Positions 8,404-18,101 of a DNA stretch of 49,474 bases are shown piece after piece. The DNA is taken from positions 1-49,474 of the forward strand of contig NZ_JBIIWV010000001.1 of the NCBI RefSeq assembly GCF_044338735.1, written 5' to 3'. This DNA is from Flavobacterium sp. (GTDB lineage: Bacteria; Bacteroidota; Bacteroidia; Flavobacteriales; Flavobacteriaceae). The notes beneath the pieces are model-generated. The model was given only the letters and a program-made list of their open reading frames with translations. It did no database searches and was not told the origin of the DNA. Positions within the stretch are counted from its first letter, which is position 1, and every line of letters begins with the position of its first letter. A program made the translations under genes and the position numbers.

Positions 8404-9438
8404 TTGAAACAATATACTTTAACTATTCAAGAAATCCATAAAGAAACGGAGGATACCATTACGCTTTGTTTCAAACAGCCGGGTTTACGAAAAATAAAAT
8501 ACCAAGCGGGGCAATACATTACTTTAATTTTAAGAATTAATGGAAGAAAATATGCTCGCCCTTATTCTTTTTCATCAGCACCATCAGTAGATGCCGCTTT
8601 ACAGGCAACCGTAAAAAGAGTACCTAACGGAATCGTTTCTAATTATATTAACGAAGAATTGAAAGCCGGGGATGTAGTTGAAGTTATGGAGCCGATGGGT
8701 GATTTTATTTATAATGCAATAAATCCAGAAACAGAAATATACTTATGGGGTGTTGGAAGTGGAATTACTCCGTTGTATTCTCTTACTAAAGAAATATTGA
8801 ACACTCAGCCCAATACTAAAATTCATTTAGTATATGGTAATAAATATAAGACCTCAACTATATTTTTGGATCAATTGGTTCAGCTACAAGAAAAGTATAA
8901 TTCTAATTTCAAATTATCAAATTTTTATAGTCAAGAGGATACAATAGATGAAAAAGAAGGATTTAAGGGAAGAATTTCTTCTAGTTTTGTATCTGATCTG
9001 GTATCTAAAAATATCAATTGCAAAGAAAGTCTACATTTCATTTGTGGGCCAAGTGGTTTAAAAGAAACGGTTAAAAACGCATTGATTAATTTATCTGTTC
9101 CGTTATCAGCTATACTTACTGAAGAATTCGAAATGGTTATTGACCCGAAAGAGTTCTATGATGTTGAAGATTCAAAAGTAATTATCGATTTTCAAGGGCA
9201 ACAATCAGAAATTTTTGTTCCAAAAGGCAAAAGTGTTTTAGATGTTGCTTTAGATAATAATATAGAGATACCTTATTCATGTCAAACAGGGAATTGCAAT
9301 ACCTGTAAAGCAAAATTAAAAGAAGGACAGTTAAAAATGTTGGGATTAACAAAAGAAAGAGAAGATTTAGCGCAAGACGATTTTTTGCTATGTTGCAGTT
9401 ATCCCTTGACTAACAATATTAGTTTAGAAGTAATTTAA
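8404..9438 (+). CDS. FAD/NAD oxidoreductase with C-terminal [2Fe-2S]; probable E3 (AscD/DdhD/RfbI-equivalent) reductase
   Basis: RPYSFSS FAD motif, GSGITP NAD motif, ICGP, and a C-terminal ferredoxin CQTGNCNTC…LLCC. It lies immediately upstream of rfbF/rfbG. Confidence 0.8.
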   Translation: MKQYTLTIQEIHKETEDTITLCFKQPGLRKIKYQAGQYITLILRINGRKYARPYSFSSAPSVDAALQATVKRVPNGIVSNYINEELKAGDVVEVMEPMGDFIYNAINPETEIYLWGVGSGITPLYSLTKEILNTQPNTKIHLVYGNKYKTSTIFLDQLVQLQEKYNSNFKLSNFYSQEDTIDEKEGFKGRISSSFVSDLVSKNINCKESLHFICGPSGLKETVKNALINLSVPLSAILTEEFEMVIDPKEFYDVEDSKVIIDFQGQQSEIFVPKGKSVLDVALDNNIEIPYSCQTGNCNTCKAKLKEGQLKMLGLTKEREDLAQDDFLLCCSYPLTNNISLEVI

Positions 9439-9449
9439 GAAGTATAAAA

Positions 9450-10226
9450 ATGAAAGTAGTAATTTTTGCAGGTGGTTTTGGTACACGTTTAATGGAGGAA
9501 ACTGAAGCCAGGCCTAAGCCAATGGTGGAAATTGGGGGCAAACCCATTTTATGGCATATTCTTAAAATGTATGAACATTTTGGATACAATGATTTTATTA
9601 TTTGTTTAGGCTACAAAGCAACCTATATTAAAGAATATTTTTACAATTATTACCTACACAATTCAGACGTAACAATTGAATTAGCAAATAATAACATAAA
9701 GGTTCATTATACAGAATCGGAGTCATTTAAAATCACGTTGATTGACACGGGTTTGAATACCAATACAGCAGGACGCTTGAAACGCGTACAAAAATATGTA
9801 AAAGACGAAACATTTATGTTAACCTATGGTGATGGAGTTGCCAATGTTAATTTTAACGAATTGCTCGCGTTTCATAAAGCCCATGGACGATTAGCAACAT
9901 TGACAAGTGTTCAAATACCGGGCCGTTTTGGAAATTTAGAAATTAACACAGCCGGTGAAGTAGGTACTTTTGTTGAAAAACCAGTAGGTGATGGGATGTG
10001 GATAAATGGAGGTTTTTTTGTTTTAGAACCAGGGATATTTAAATATTTAGATGGTGAGATGGACGATATTCAATGGGAAAAAGGACCTTTGGAAGTTATT
10101 GCTGCAGATAATCAGTTATCAGCATACAAGCATAACGGTTTTTGGAAATGTATGGATGCATTGAGAGACCGTGTTGAATTAGAAGAAATGTGGAACTCGG
10201 ATAACGCACAATGGAAAACGTGGTAA
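9450..10226 (+). CDS. rfbF: Glucose-1-phosphate cytidylyltransferase
   Basis: AGGFGTRLMEET…PKPMVEIGGKPILWHI, TAGRLKRV, LTYGDGV, WINGGFFV and FWKCMD. Confidence 0.95.
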   Translation: MKVVIFAGGFGTRLMEETEARPKPMVEIGGKPILWHILKMYEHFGYNDFIICLGYKATYIKEYFYNYYLHNSDVTIELANNNIKVHYTESESFKITLIDTGLNTNTAGRLKRVQKYVKDETFMLTYGDGVANVNFNELLAFHKAHGRLATLTSVQIPGRFGNLEINTAGEVGTFVEKPVGDGMWINGGFFVLEPGIFKYLDGEMDDIQWEKGPLEVIAADNQLSAYKHNGFWKCMDALRDRVELEEMWNSDNAQWKTW

Positions 10227-11302
10227 ATTTTCAGCAATTAGAAAACACTTATAAAGGAAAAAAAGTCTTCTTAACCGGGCATACTGGTTTTAAAGGGGCT
10301 TGGCTTTTAAAGACGTTGTCTTTATTAGGCGCAGAAATCAAAGGCTATGCTTTAGAGCCACATACCCCGAATGATTTATTTAATTTGATTGAGGGCGAAC
10401 AATTATGCCACTCTGTTATTGCGGATTTGAGAGATAAGAAAAGATTGGAATCTGAAATAGTTGCTTTTCAACCCGATTTTATTTTTCATTTGGCGGCACA
10501 ACCTTTGGTTCGGTTGTCTTATCAGATTCCAGCCGAAACTTTTGAAGTAAATGTAATCGGTACGGCAAATGTTTTGGATGGGGTTAATTTATTAAAAAAA
10601 AAATGTAGTGTAGTTTTGATTACTACAGATAAAGTGTATCATAACAATGAATGGGATTATCCATATCGTGAAAATGATAAGTTAGGTGGTTACGATCCGT
10701 ACAGCGCCAGTAAAGCCTGTGCAGAATTATTGATAGATTCCTATCGTAATTCGTTTTTTAATTTTGTAAACTATAACAAACATTTAAAGGGCATTGCCGT
10801 GGCTCGTGCAGGAAATGTTATTGGAGGAGGAGATTGGTCGAAAGACAGATTAATTCCTGATATTGTTCGTTCATTGATGGTCGATAAAACGGTCGTTATT
10901 CGAAATCCGAATGCCATTCGCCCTTGGCAGCATGTATTGGAGCCCGTTATTGGATACTTAAGTTTAGGTATGCATCTTGAAAATCAACCTGTTGAATTTG
11001 GGCAGGCTTATAATTTTGGTCCAGAATCAGAAGATGCATTGTCAGTAGAAGAAATGGTTAAACTAGCCACAGCTTCTTGGGGTTCTGGAGAATATCAAGT
11101 TGAACACGATGAAAGCCAGCCACACGAGGCAGGTATGCTAAAATTAGATATCACAAAAGCCAAATTAAAGCTGAACTGGTTGCCTAAAATGAATGCCAAA
11201 CAAGCAGTAAACTTAACTATTGATTGGTATAGTATGTTTAGTTTAGACAAAAACAAAATAAATGATTTTACTACATTACAAATACACAATTTTATAACAT
11301 AA
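10211..11302 (+). CDS. rfbG: CDP-glucose 4,6-dehydratase
   Basis: TGHTGFKGAWL, HLAAQPLVR, TTDKVY, DPYSASK, RAGNVIGGGDW and RPWQHVLEP. Confidence 0.95.
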   Translation: MENVVNFQQLENTYKGKKVFLTGHTGFKGAWLLKTLSLLGAEIKGYALEPHTPNDLFNLIEGEQLCHSVIADLRDKKRLESEIVAFQPDFIFHLAAQPLVRLSYQIPAETFEVNVIGTANVLDGVNLLKKKCSVVLITTDKVYHNNEWDYPYRENDKLGGYDPYSASKACAELLIDSYRNSFFNFVNYNKHLKGIAVARAGNVIGGGDWSKDRLIPDIVRSLMVDKTVVIRNPNAIRPWQHVLEPVIGYLSLGMHLENQPVEFGQAYNFGPESEDALSVEEMVKLATASWGSGEYQVEHDESQPHEAGMLKLDITKAKLKLNWLPKMNAKQAVNLTIDWYSMFSLDKNKINDFTTLQIHNFIT

Positions 11303-11304
11303 AT

Positions 11305-12357
11305 ATGAACTCAAATACTATAATTAAGGAAGATTTGAGAACTATTTTTAATTCAGATATTGATTGGTCAAAATTCTTTAATAAAACGATTTTAATATCT
11401 GGAGCTAATGGCTTTCTGCCTGCTTATTTGGTAGAAACTTTATTGTATTTAAATTTTGTAAATCCATCAAATAATGTAAAAGTTGTTGCCTTGGTGAGAA
11501 GTATAGATAATGCTAAAATCAGATTTAAAGCTTATTCCGAAAATCCAAATTTAATATTTATTGTTCAAGATGTTTCAAATCCAATTCAACTTAGCACAAA
11601 AATAGATTTTATAATTCATGCAGCAAGTCAAGCAAGCCCAAAATACTATGGGATAGATCCTGTAGGAACATTAAGTGCTAATGTTTTAGGGACATTTAAT
11701 TTACTTAAACTAGCTAGAGAAAATAAAGTTGAATCATTTTTATTTTTTAGTTCTGGAGAAGTTTATGGCGAGCTTGATGTAAGTCAAATTCCAATTGATG
11801 AAAATACTTTTGGCTATGTAAATCCAACCAATGTAAGATCTTGTTATGCCGAAAGTAAGAGAATGGGAGAAAACATATGCGTTAGTTATCATCATCAGTT
11901 TGATGTTCCAATTAAAATTGTTAGACCTTTTCATACTTATGGACCAGGAATGAAGTTAGATGATGGACGTGTTTATGCAGATTTTGTATCAGACATTTTA
12001 AATAACCAAAATATTTGTATGCATAGTGATGGTGCTGCCGTAAGGGCTTTTTGCTATTTGTCAGACGCAACCATTGCATTTATTAAAGTTCTTTTAGAAG
12101 GGAAAAATGGCGAAGCATATAATGTAGGTAATCCAGAGGAAGAATATAGCGTTTTAAAATTAGCTAACATATTAGTTGATTTGTATCCCCACAAAAAATT
12201 ACAAGTAATTAAAAAAGTTATCAATAATAGTAACAATTATTTAAAGAGTCCGTTAAAAAGCAACTCGCCAAATATTACTAAAATTAGAGAACTAAATTGG
12301 CGTCCTTTGGTTGCGGTACAAGAAGGTTTTAAAAGGACTATAGAAAGTTATAAATAA
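11305..12357 (+). CDS. NAD-dependent epimerase/reductase (extended SDR), candidate YerF-like ketoreductase
   Basis: GANGFLP nucleotide-binding variant, HAASQASP, SSGEVYG and CYAESK (YxxxK). Confidence 0.82.
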   Translation: MNSNTIIKEDLRTIFNSDIDWSKFFNKTILISGANGFLPAYLVETLLYLNFVNPSNNVKVVALVRSIDNAKIRFKAYSENPNLIFIVQDVSNPIQLSTKIDFIIHAASQASPKYYGIDPVGTLSANVLGTFNLLKLARENKVESFLFFSSGEVYGELDVSQIPIDENTFGYVNPTNVRSCYAESKRMGENICVSYHHQFDVPIKIVRPFHTYGPGMKLDDGRVYADFVSDILNNQNICMHSDGAAVRAFCYLSDATIAFIKVLLEGKNGEAYNVGNPEEEYSVLKLANILVDLYPHKKLQVIKKVINNSNNYLKSPLKSNSPNITKIRELNWRPLVAVQEGFKRTIESYK

Positions 12358-12362
12358 ATAGT

Positions 12363-14189
12363 ATGAAAGTTTCAGATTTAATAGCAGATTTTTTAGAAGA
12401 AAAAGAAATAAAACACGTTTTTGGAATTATAGGGGCAGGTAACGCTCATATTTTTGATTCCATACAGAAAAAAGGGTATACTGAAATCATTTGTGTACAT
12501 CATGAACAAGCTGCCTGTATGGCGATGCAAACGTATTACAGAACAAATGGTAAAGTAACCGCAGCTATACTTACAACAGGTGCTGGATCTACAAATGGAA
12601 TTACAGGAGTTGTTAGTGCTTGGGCAGATTCAATTCCGGGAATTATTATTTCTGGAAATGAACATTCAAAATTTGTTGATTCACACAAAAATCTTCGGAT
12701 GTGGGGTGTTCAAGGATATGATAGTCCAGCTATGGTTGAAAAAGTTACCAAATATGCGACACAAGCATTAAACCCTAATTTGGTTATATATGAGTTAGAA
12801 AAGGCTTATGCGATAGCTGCACACGGACGACCTGGACCATGTTGGGTTGATATACCATTGAATTTACAATCTACAAATGTTTCCTCAAACGATTTGTTGC
12901 GTTTTAATAGTTCAGAGTTACCTGATTTAAATTTGAACTCCGATGAAGAATTAACAAATAACATAGAATCCATTTTGGAAGGATTGAAAAAAGCAAAACG
13001 TCCTCTGTTTTGGTTTGGAAATGGTATAAGATTAGCAAATGCAGAACAATTATTGGAGCCCTTATTGGAGAAATTTAATGTTCCTTCACTAGTTACATGG
13101 GCAGGTATAGACTCAATTGACTCCCATCACGCATTGGTTTATGGACGAGCTGGAACCTATGGGCAACGCTGCGCTAATTTTATACTTCAGAATTGTGACC
13201 TATTGATTTGTATTGGAACCAGAATGGCAATTTCTCAGATAGGATATGATATAAGCGAATTAGCACGTGATGCAGATATTGCCGTTGTAGATATTGATAA
13301 ATATGAATTAGATAAATATAAAGAAAGATATAAGTTCTCAATAAATGCCGATGCCAAAGATTTTATAAGTGGGTTATTGAATATTAATTTGAATCAATCT
13401 TTAGATTATTCGAGTTGGATTGAAATTTGCAATAAATATAAATTAGATTATCCTTGGGTAAATGATTTAGATCATCCTGATAAAGATGGATTTATTAATT
13501 CATATAAATTTATGGAAAAATTAAATTCACATTTAAAAGAAGATCAACATATAACCACAGATATGGGGACAGCACTTTTAAGCGGACATCAAGTGCTGAA
13601 AATTGGCAAGAAACAAAGATTGATGACGTCCACGGGATTAGGTGAGATGGGGTATGGTTTGCCTGCTGCTATTGGTTCCTCGATTGCAAGAGGGAAAGGC
13701 GAGGTAATGTGTTTAAATTGTGATGGAGGTATGATGATGAATCTTCAAGAACTACAAACCATAGTGCATTATAAACTGCCTATTAAGTTATTTATTTTTA
13801 ATAACGATGGTTATTTAATGATTAAACACACACAAAATGCCCTTTTTAATGGAAGAAGAGCCGGTGTTGATAGTAATTCTGGAGTAACTTGTCCTAATTT
13901 TAGTTCATTAGCTGTAGCTTTCGGAATTCCTTCATTTCAAATTAGAACTTGGGAAGATTTTGAAAATATAATTCCTCAGGTTCAAGAAATAAATGGCCCA
14001 GTAATTTGTGAAGTATTTATGCATCCCAACCAATTATTTGTTCCAAAATTAGGGTTGGCGATTCAAAGTGATGGGAGTTTAATATCTCCTCCTTTAGAAG
14101 ATTTATCTCCATTTATTTCAAGAGAACAATTGAAAGAAAATATGTTAAACGGATTGCATCCTAAGTCAGTTGCGATTGAATCTAAATAA
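12363..14189 (+). CDS. ThDP-dependent acetolactate-synthase-like carboligase (YerE/ErwE-like sugar-branching enzyme)
   Basis: Catalytic Glu in HHEQAA, GRPGPCWVDIP, and ThDP motif variant CDGG…NNDGY. It is embedded among CDP-sugar genes with no ilvN/ilvC. Confidence 0.85.
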   Translation: MKVSDLIADFLEEKEIKHVFGIIGAGNAHIFDSIQKKGYTEIICVHHEQAACMAMQTYYRTNGKVTAAILTTGAGSTNGITGVVSAWADSIPGIIISGNEHSKFVDSHKNLRMWGVQGYDSPAMVEKVTKYATQALNPNLVIYELEKAYAIAAHGRPGPCWVDIPLNLQSTNVSSNDLLRFNSSELPDLNLNSDEELTNNIESILEGLKKAKRPLFWFGNGIRLANAEQLLEPLLEKFNVPSLVTWAGIDSIDSHHALVYGRAGTYGQRCANFILQNCDLLICIGTRMAISQIGYDISELARDADIAVVDIDKYELDKYKERYKFSINADAKDFISGLLNINLNQSLDYSSWIEICNKYKLDYPWVNDLDHPDKDGFINSYKFMEKLNSHLKEDQHITTDMGTALLSGHQVLKIGKKQRLMTSTGLGEMGYGLPAAIGSSIARGKGEVMCLNCDGGMMMNLQELQTIVHYKLPIKLFIFNNDGYLMIKHTQNALFNGRRAGVDSNSGVTCPNFSSLAVAFGIPSFQIRTWEDFENIIPQVQEINGPVICEVFMHPNQLFVPKLGLAIQSDGSLISPPLEDLSPFISREQLKENMLNGLHPKSVAIESK

Positions 14190-14198
14190 ATTATAAAA

Positions 14199-15074
14199 AT
14201 GAAAAAACTTAGAGTAGCAATATTAGGAAGTGGAAATATAGGGACTGATTTATTAATAAAAACGCAACGTTCCGAATTCTTAGAATGTGTCTTGTTTATT
14301 GGAAGAAACTTATCTTCTCCGGGTATGGCTAAAGCCATTGCGATGGGAGTTAAGGTTTCAGATGAAAGTATAAATGCAATAGTTAAAAACTCAGATTTAA
14401 TTGATTTAGTTTTTGATGCTACATCTGCTAAAGACGCTAAAATTCATTGGGATATTATAGATAAATTAGGAAAGATAGTTGTAGATATGACTCCTGCTAA
14501 AATTGGAGTATTTTGTATTCCAGCTGTTAATTTAGATGAAGTTTTAGAGTACAGAAATGTAAATATGATTACTTGTGGTGGTCAGGCATCAATTCCTATT
14601 GCCCATGTAATTGGTAAAACACAAAAAAACGTAAAATATATCGAAGTAGTTTCTAGTATTGCTTCCAGAAGTGCTGGGCCGGCCACTAGACTAAATTTAG
14701 ATGAATATGTAGATACAACAGAAAATGCTATTAAACATTTTTCTAATGTTCCAAGAACAAAAGCAATTTTAAATTTGAATCCTGCTAATCCATGTATAGA
14801 TATGCAGACTACCATCTTTGCGCAAGTTGAAAATCCAGATATGGATTATCTACAAAAAGAGATTGACGTAATGATAAAAAAAATACAAGAATATGTGCCC
14901 GGATATAGTTTATTGGTTCCGCCAGTTTTTGAAAATGGAAGAATAGTTATTATGGTTAAAGCACAAGGGTTAGGCGACTATTTGCCGAAATATGCAGGTA
15001 ATTTGGATATTATAAATTGTGCAGCAATTGCAGTTGCAGAACAATATTCAAAAAAAATTTCAAACATAAAATAA
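14199..15074 (+). CDS. mhpF: Acetaldehyde dehydrogenase (acylating), DmpF/MhpF family
   Basis: AILGSGNIGTDLL, FDATSA, DMTPA, NVNMITCGGQA (catalytic Cys), SRSAGPATR and GDYLPKYAGNLDI. Confidence 0.93.
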   Translation: MKKLRVAILGSGNIGTDLLIKTQRSEFLECVLFIGRNLSSPGMAKAIAMGVKVSDESINAIVKNSDLIDLVFDATSAKDAKIHWDIIDKLGKIVVDMTPAKIGVFCIPAVNLDEVLEYRNVNMITCGGQASIPIAHVIGKTQKNVKYIEVVSSIASRSAGPATRLNLDEYVDTTENAIKHFSNVPRTKAILNLNPANPCIDMQTTIFAQVENPDMDYLQKEIDVMIKKIQEYVPGYSLLVPPVFENGRIVIMVKAQGLGDYLPKYAGNLDIINCAAIAVAEQYSKKISNIK

Positions 15075-15080
15075 AACACC

Positions 15081-16091
15081 ATGATTAAACAAATATTAAT
15101 AACTGATTCTACATTACGTGATGGCAATCATGCTTGTGCACATCAATTGAGTATTGAACAGATTGCTATTTATGCAGCGGCAGCGGATAAGGCAGGTGTT
15201 CCAATTGTGGAGGTTGGTCACGGTAATGGTTTAGGAGCCTCTTCACTTCAAGTTGGTCTTAGCAAAGAAACAGATAAAGACATGCTTGAAACCGCTCGAA
15301 AGCATCTTAGTAAAAGTAAGCTAGGAATTCACGTAATTCCAGGGTTTGCTACCATAAAGAGAGATTTGGTTAACGCTATCGATATTGGAGTTGATGTAAT
15401 TAGAGTAGCATCACATTGTACGGAAGCCGATATTACACAACGTCATTTAGGATATGTGAGAGAAAGAGGTAAAGAAGCATTCGGTGTGTTAATGATGAGT
15501 CATATGGCATCTGCAGAAGTTTTAGTTGAAGAAGCCCAAAAAATGGAACTTTATGGAGCAGAAGGAATAATAATTATGGATTCAGCAGGGGCATATTTGC
15601 CTTCGGACGTACAAGAAAAAATATCGGCTTTAGTGAACGGGCTAAAAGTTCCTGTAGGTTTCCATGCACACAATAATCTTGGGATGGCTATAGCCAATTC
15701 TATAATGGCAATTGAATCAGGAGCAAAAATGCTTGATGCAACCGCTAGAGGTTTTGGAGCTGGAGCTGGAAACGCACAAATTGAAGTTTTGGTTGCTGTT
15801 TTAGAAAAAATGGATTATGTAACGGGTATAGATTTGTTTAAAATTCTTGATGCATCTGATGTAGCGGAGGAAAAAGTTGTTACTACTGTTCCAATCATTA
15901 AATCAGACAGTATCGTTAGTGGATTATCAGGCGTTTTTTCTGGTTTTTCAAAACACGTTACAAGAATTTCAAGTGAATATGAAGTAGATTCAAGGGATGT
16001 TTACCGTGAGCTGGGAAAAAGAAAAATTGTCGCAGGTCAGGAAGATATTATTATAGAGGTTGTAATGGATTTAATAAGAAATCGTAAATAA
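15081..16091 (+). CDS. dmpG: 4-hydroxy-2-oxovalerate aldolase, DmpG/MhpE family
   Basis: DSTLRDGNH, EVGHGNGLGASS, SHCTEAD, MMSH, HAHNNLG metal site and C-terminal VAGQEDII communication domain. Confidence 0.93.
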   Translation: MIKQILITDSTLRDGNHACAHQLSIEQIAIYAAAADKAGVPIVEVGHGNGLGASSLQVGLSKETDKDMLETARKHLSKSKLGIHVIPGFATIKRDLVNAIDIGVDVIRVASHCTEADITQRHLGYVRERGKEAFGVLMMSHMASAEVLVEEAQKMELYGAEGIIIMDSAGAYLPSDVQEKISALVNGLKVPVGFHAHNNLGMAIANSIMAIESGAKMLDATARGFGAGAGNAQIEVLVAVLEKMDYVTGIDLFKILDASDVAEEKVVTTVPIIKSDSIVSGLSGVFSGFSKHVTRISSEYEVDSRDVYRELGKRKIVAGQEDIIIEVVMDLIRNRK

Positions 16092-17146
16092 TGAGTTCAG
16101 CTAAAAATAAAATTGTCTTTGATGACTGTAAAAAGTCATGTGTAGAAATCGAGTGTTTTTCAGTTTTAAACGGTAAATCAATTCTAGTTACAGGTGGAAC
16201 GGGCTTTATTGGTAAATGGATTTCAGAAATGGTATCTTATATAAATTACACTAGCAATCTAAATATAAAACTATATTTATTAGGTCGAAATATTGTTAAG
16301 TTTAAAGAAGAAGTTCCTCACTTGGCAGAAAAATCTTTTATTAATTTAATAGAGCAAGATGTGCGGTATCTACACGATTTACCAAGTGATGTAAATTATG
16401 TTATACATGCAGCAGGTTCACCAGACAGTAGGGAACATGTTTCTGATCCATTGAAAACAATTGAAACATTTTATAAAGGAACACAATCTTTATTAGATTC
16501 AGCTTCACGAATTCAGGATTTAATAAAAATAGTGCATTTAAGTTCACATCAAGTTTACGGAAAAAATGAAACGGAACAACTATTAACCGAAAATTCTTTT
16601 GGATCTTTTGAAGCGCTTAATGTATCTAATTGTTACGCCGAGTCTAAAAGAATAGCAGAAACTTTATGTTCTTATTTTAAAAACAATTTAAGGTTACCTA
16701 TAATTATTTTAAGACCATTTGCTTTTATAGGACCATATCAAGATATTGAAAAACCATGGGCAATTAATAGCTTTATTCGAGACGCTATTTTGGGAGGCCC
16801 GATTCGAATTTTAGGAAATGGGATGACAGAAAGAAGTTATCTTTATGCAAGCGATATGGCATATTGTATTTTAAAATCATTAATTGATGGTAAAATTGGG
16901 GAAATTTATAATCTAGGAAGTAATACTCCAATATCTTTAAATGATTTAGCTTTTAAGATAAAAAATCATTCGCCTTCTGAAATAGAAGTACTCTCTAAAT
17001 CATCAAAAGAAAATTATTTAAGTGTTTCTAAATTAGTGCCAAATACTGATAAAATTAATAAAGAATTTAATTTTAAAGAAATATTTACAATTGATGAAGC
17101 TATATCTAGAACTATTTTATGGAATAAATTATTAAAATCTGAATAA
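16091..17146 (+). CDS. NAD-dependent epimerase/reductase (extended SDR), second copy
   Basis: GGTGFIG, SSHQVYG, CYAESK and RPFAFIGP. Confidence 0.82.
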   Translation: MSSAKNKIVFDDCKKSCVEIECFSVLNGKSILVTGGTGFIGKWISEMVSYINYTSNLNIKLYLLGRNIVKFKEEVPHLAEKSFINLIEQDVRYLHDLPSDVNYVIHAAGSPDSREHVSDPLKTIETFYKGTQSLLDSASRIQDLIKIVHLSSHQVYGKNETEQLLTENSFGSFEALNVSNCYAESKRIAETLCSYFKNNLRLPIIILRPFAFIGPYQDIEKPWAINSFIRDAILGGPIRILGNGMTERSYLYASDMAYCILKSLIDGKIGEIYNLGSNTPISLNDLAFKIKNHSPSEIEVLSKSSKENYLSVSKLVPNTDKINKEFNFKEIFTIDEAISRTILWNKLLKSE

Positions 17147-17161
17147 TAAAATTTAAAAAAT

Positions 17162-18100
17162 ATGAACATAAAAGAAACAAAAATTAAATTTAAAAAAAAC
17201 GAAATAAATAAAATTGAATTTGTGAATTCAATGCATAATTTACATAGTGTGCTTTTTGATTTTTCTGAAAATTTGAGAAATACAGAAATTTCAAAAATAG
17301 AGATTGAAGACGGACAAGTTATTTTTACATCGCGAAAAACTGAATTACATCCTGGTGGAGCAAAATTTTATATAGATGTTTTAGATAAGCGCATTACACC
17401 TGTAGAGGCATTTAACTTTAATATGTATGAACAGGAAGATTCAGAAATGCTTTATAAATTAGTAGATAGTGATGATGTTATTTTTGATATTGGCGCAAAT
17501 ATTGGTTGGTATTCAAATCACTTATCTAAAAAAAACCCAAATAGTGTAATTTATGCTTTTGAACCTATTCCAGAAACTTTTAATAAGGTAAAGAGAAATA
17601 CAGAATTAAACAAAGTTAATAATATTCATTTAAATAATGTTGCGTTATCTAACAAAATTGAAACACTAACTTTTTTTTATTCACCAAATGTAACAGGCGC
17701 GTCTTCTTCTATAAATATTACTGAGAATGAAAACATGCTGAAATTAGAATGTCAAACCAATACAATTGACAACTTTATTAAAGAGAAAAATATTTCTAAA
17801 CTTGATTTTATAAAATGTGATGTTGAAGGCGCAGAGCTAATGGTATTTTTGGGCGGCGAAGAGAGCATAAACAAATATAAACCTATTGTATTTTCTGAGA
17901 TGTTACGAAAATGGGCGGCAAAATTCGGATACCATCCAAATGAAATTATAACTTTCTTTGATAAGTTAGGATATAAATGCTATGTCAACAAAAATCATAA
18001 ACTAAAACTTATAGAAAAAATAGATGAAGACACTGTGGAAACAAATTTCTTTTTCTTACACCCTATTAAGCATGCAGATAAAATAAAAAAATTAGGTTAA
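17162..18100 (+). CDS. FkbM-family SAM-dependent methyltransferase
   Basis: [18 protein letters not shown] and IKCDVEGAE. Confidence 0.9.
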   Translation: MNIKETKIKFKKNEINKIEFVNSMHNLHSVLFDFSENLRNTEISKIEIEDGQVIFTSRKTELHPGGAKFYIDVLDKRITPVEAFNFNMYEQEDSEMLYKLVDSDDVIFDIGANIGWYSNHLSKKNPNSVIYAFEPIPETFNKVKRNTELNKVNNIHLNNVALSNKIETLTFFYSPNVTGASSSINITENENMLKLECQTNTIDNFIKEKNISKLDFIKCDVEGAELMVFLGGEESINKYKPIVFSEMLRKWAAKFGYHPNEIITFFDKLGYKCYVNKNHKLKLIEKIDEDTVETNFFFLHPIKHADKIKKLG

Positions 18101-18101
18101 T

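Noticed and set aside
10594-10603. A10 tract in rfbG (and T9 tracts in GT2, wzx and asnB) as phase-variation switches
   Set aside because: A/T runs of this length are expected in such AT-rich DNA, and all frames are intact.
12363-14189. Housekeeping acetolactate synthase ilvB
   Set aside because: No ilvN/ilvC/ilvD context; its position between rfbG and rfbH matches YerE-type enzymes.
14199-16091. dmpF/dmpG as part of an aromatic meta-cleavage pathway
   Set aside because: No dioxygenase, hydrolase or 2-keto-4-pentenoate hydratase genes nearby; the pair is tightly packed between sugar-nucleotide genes.
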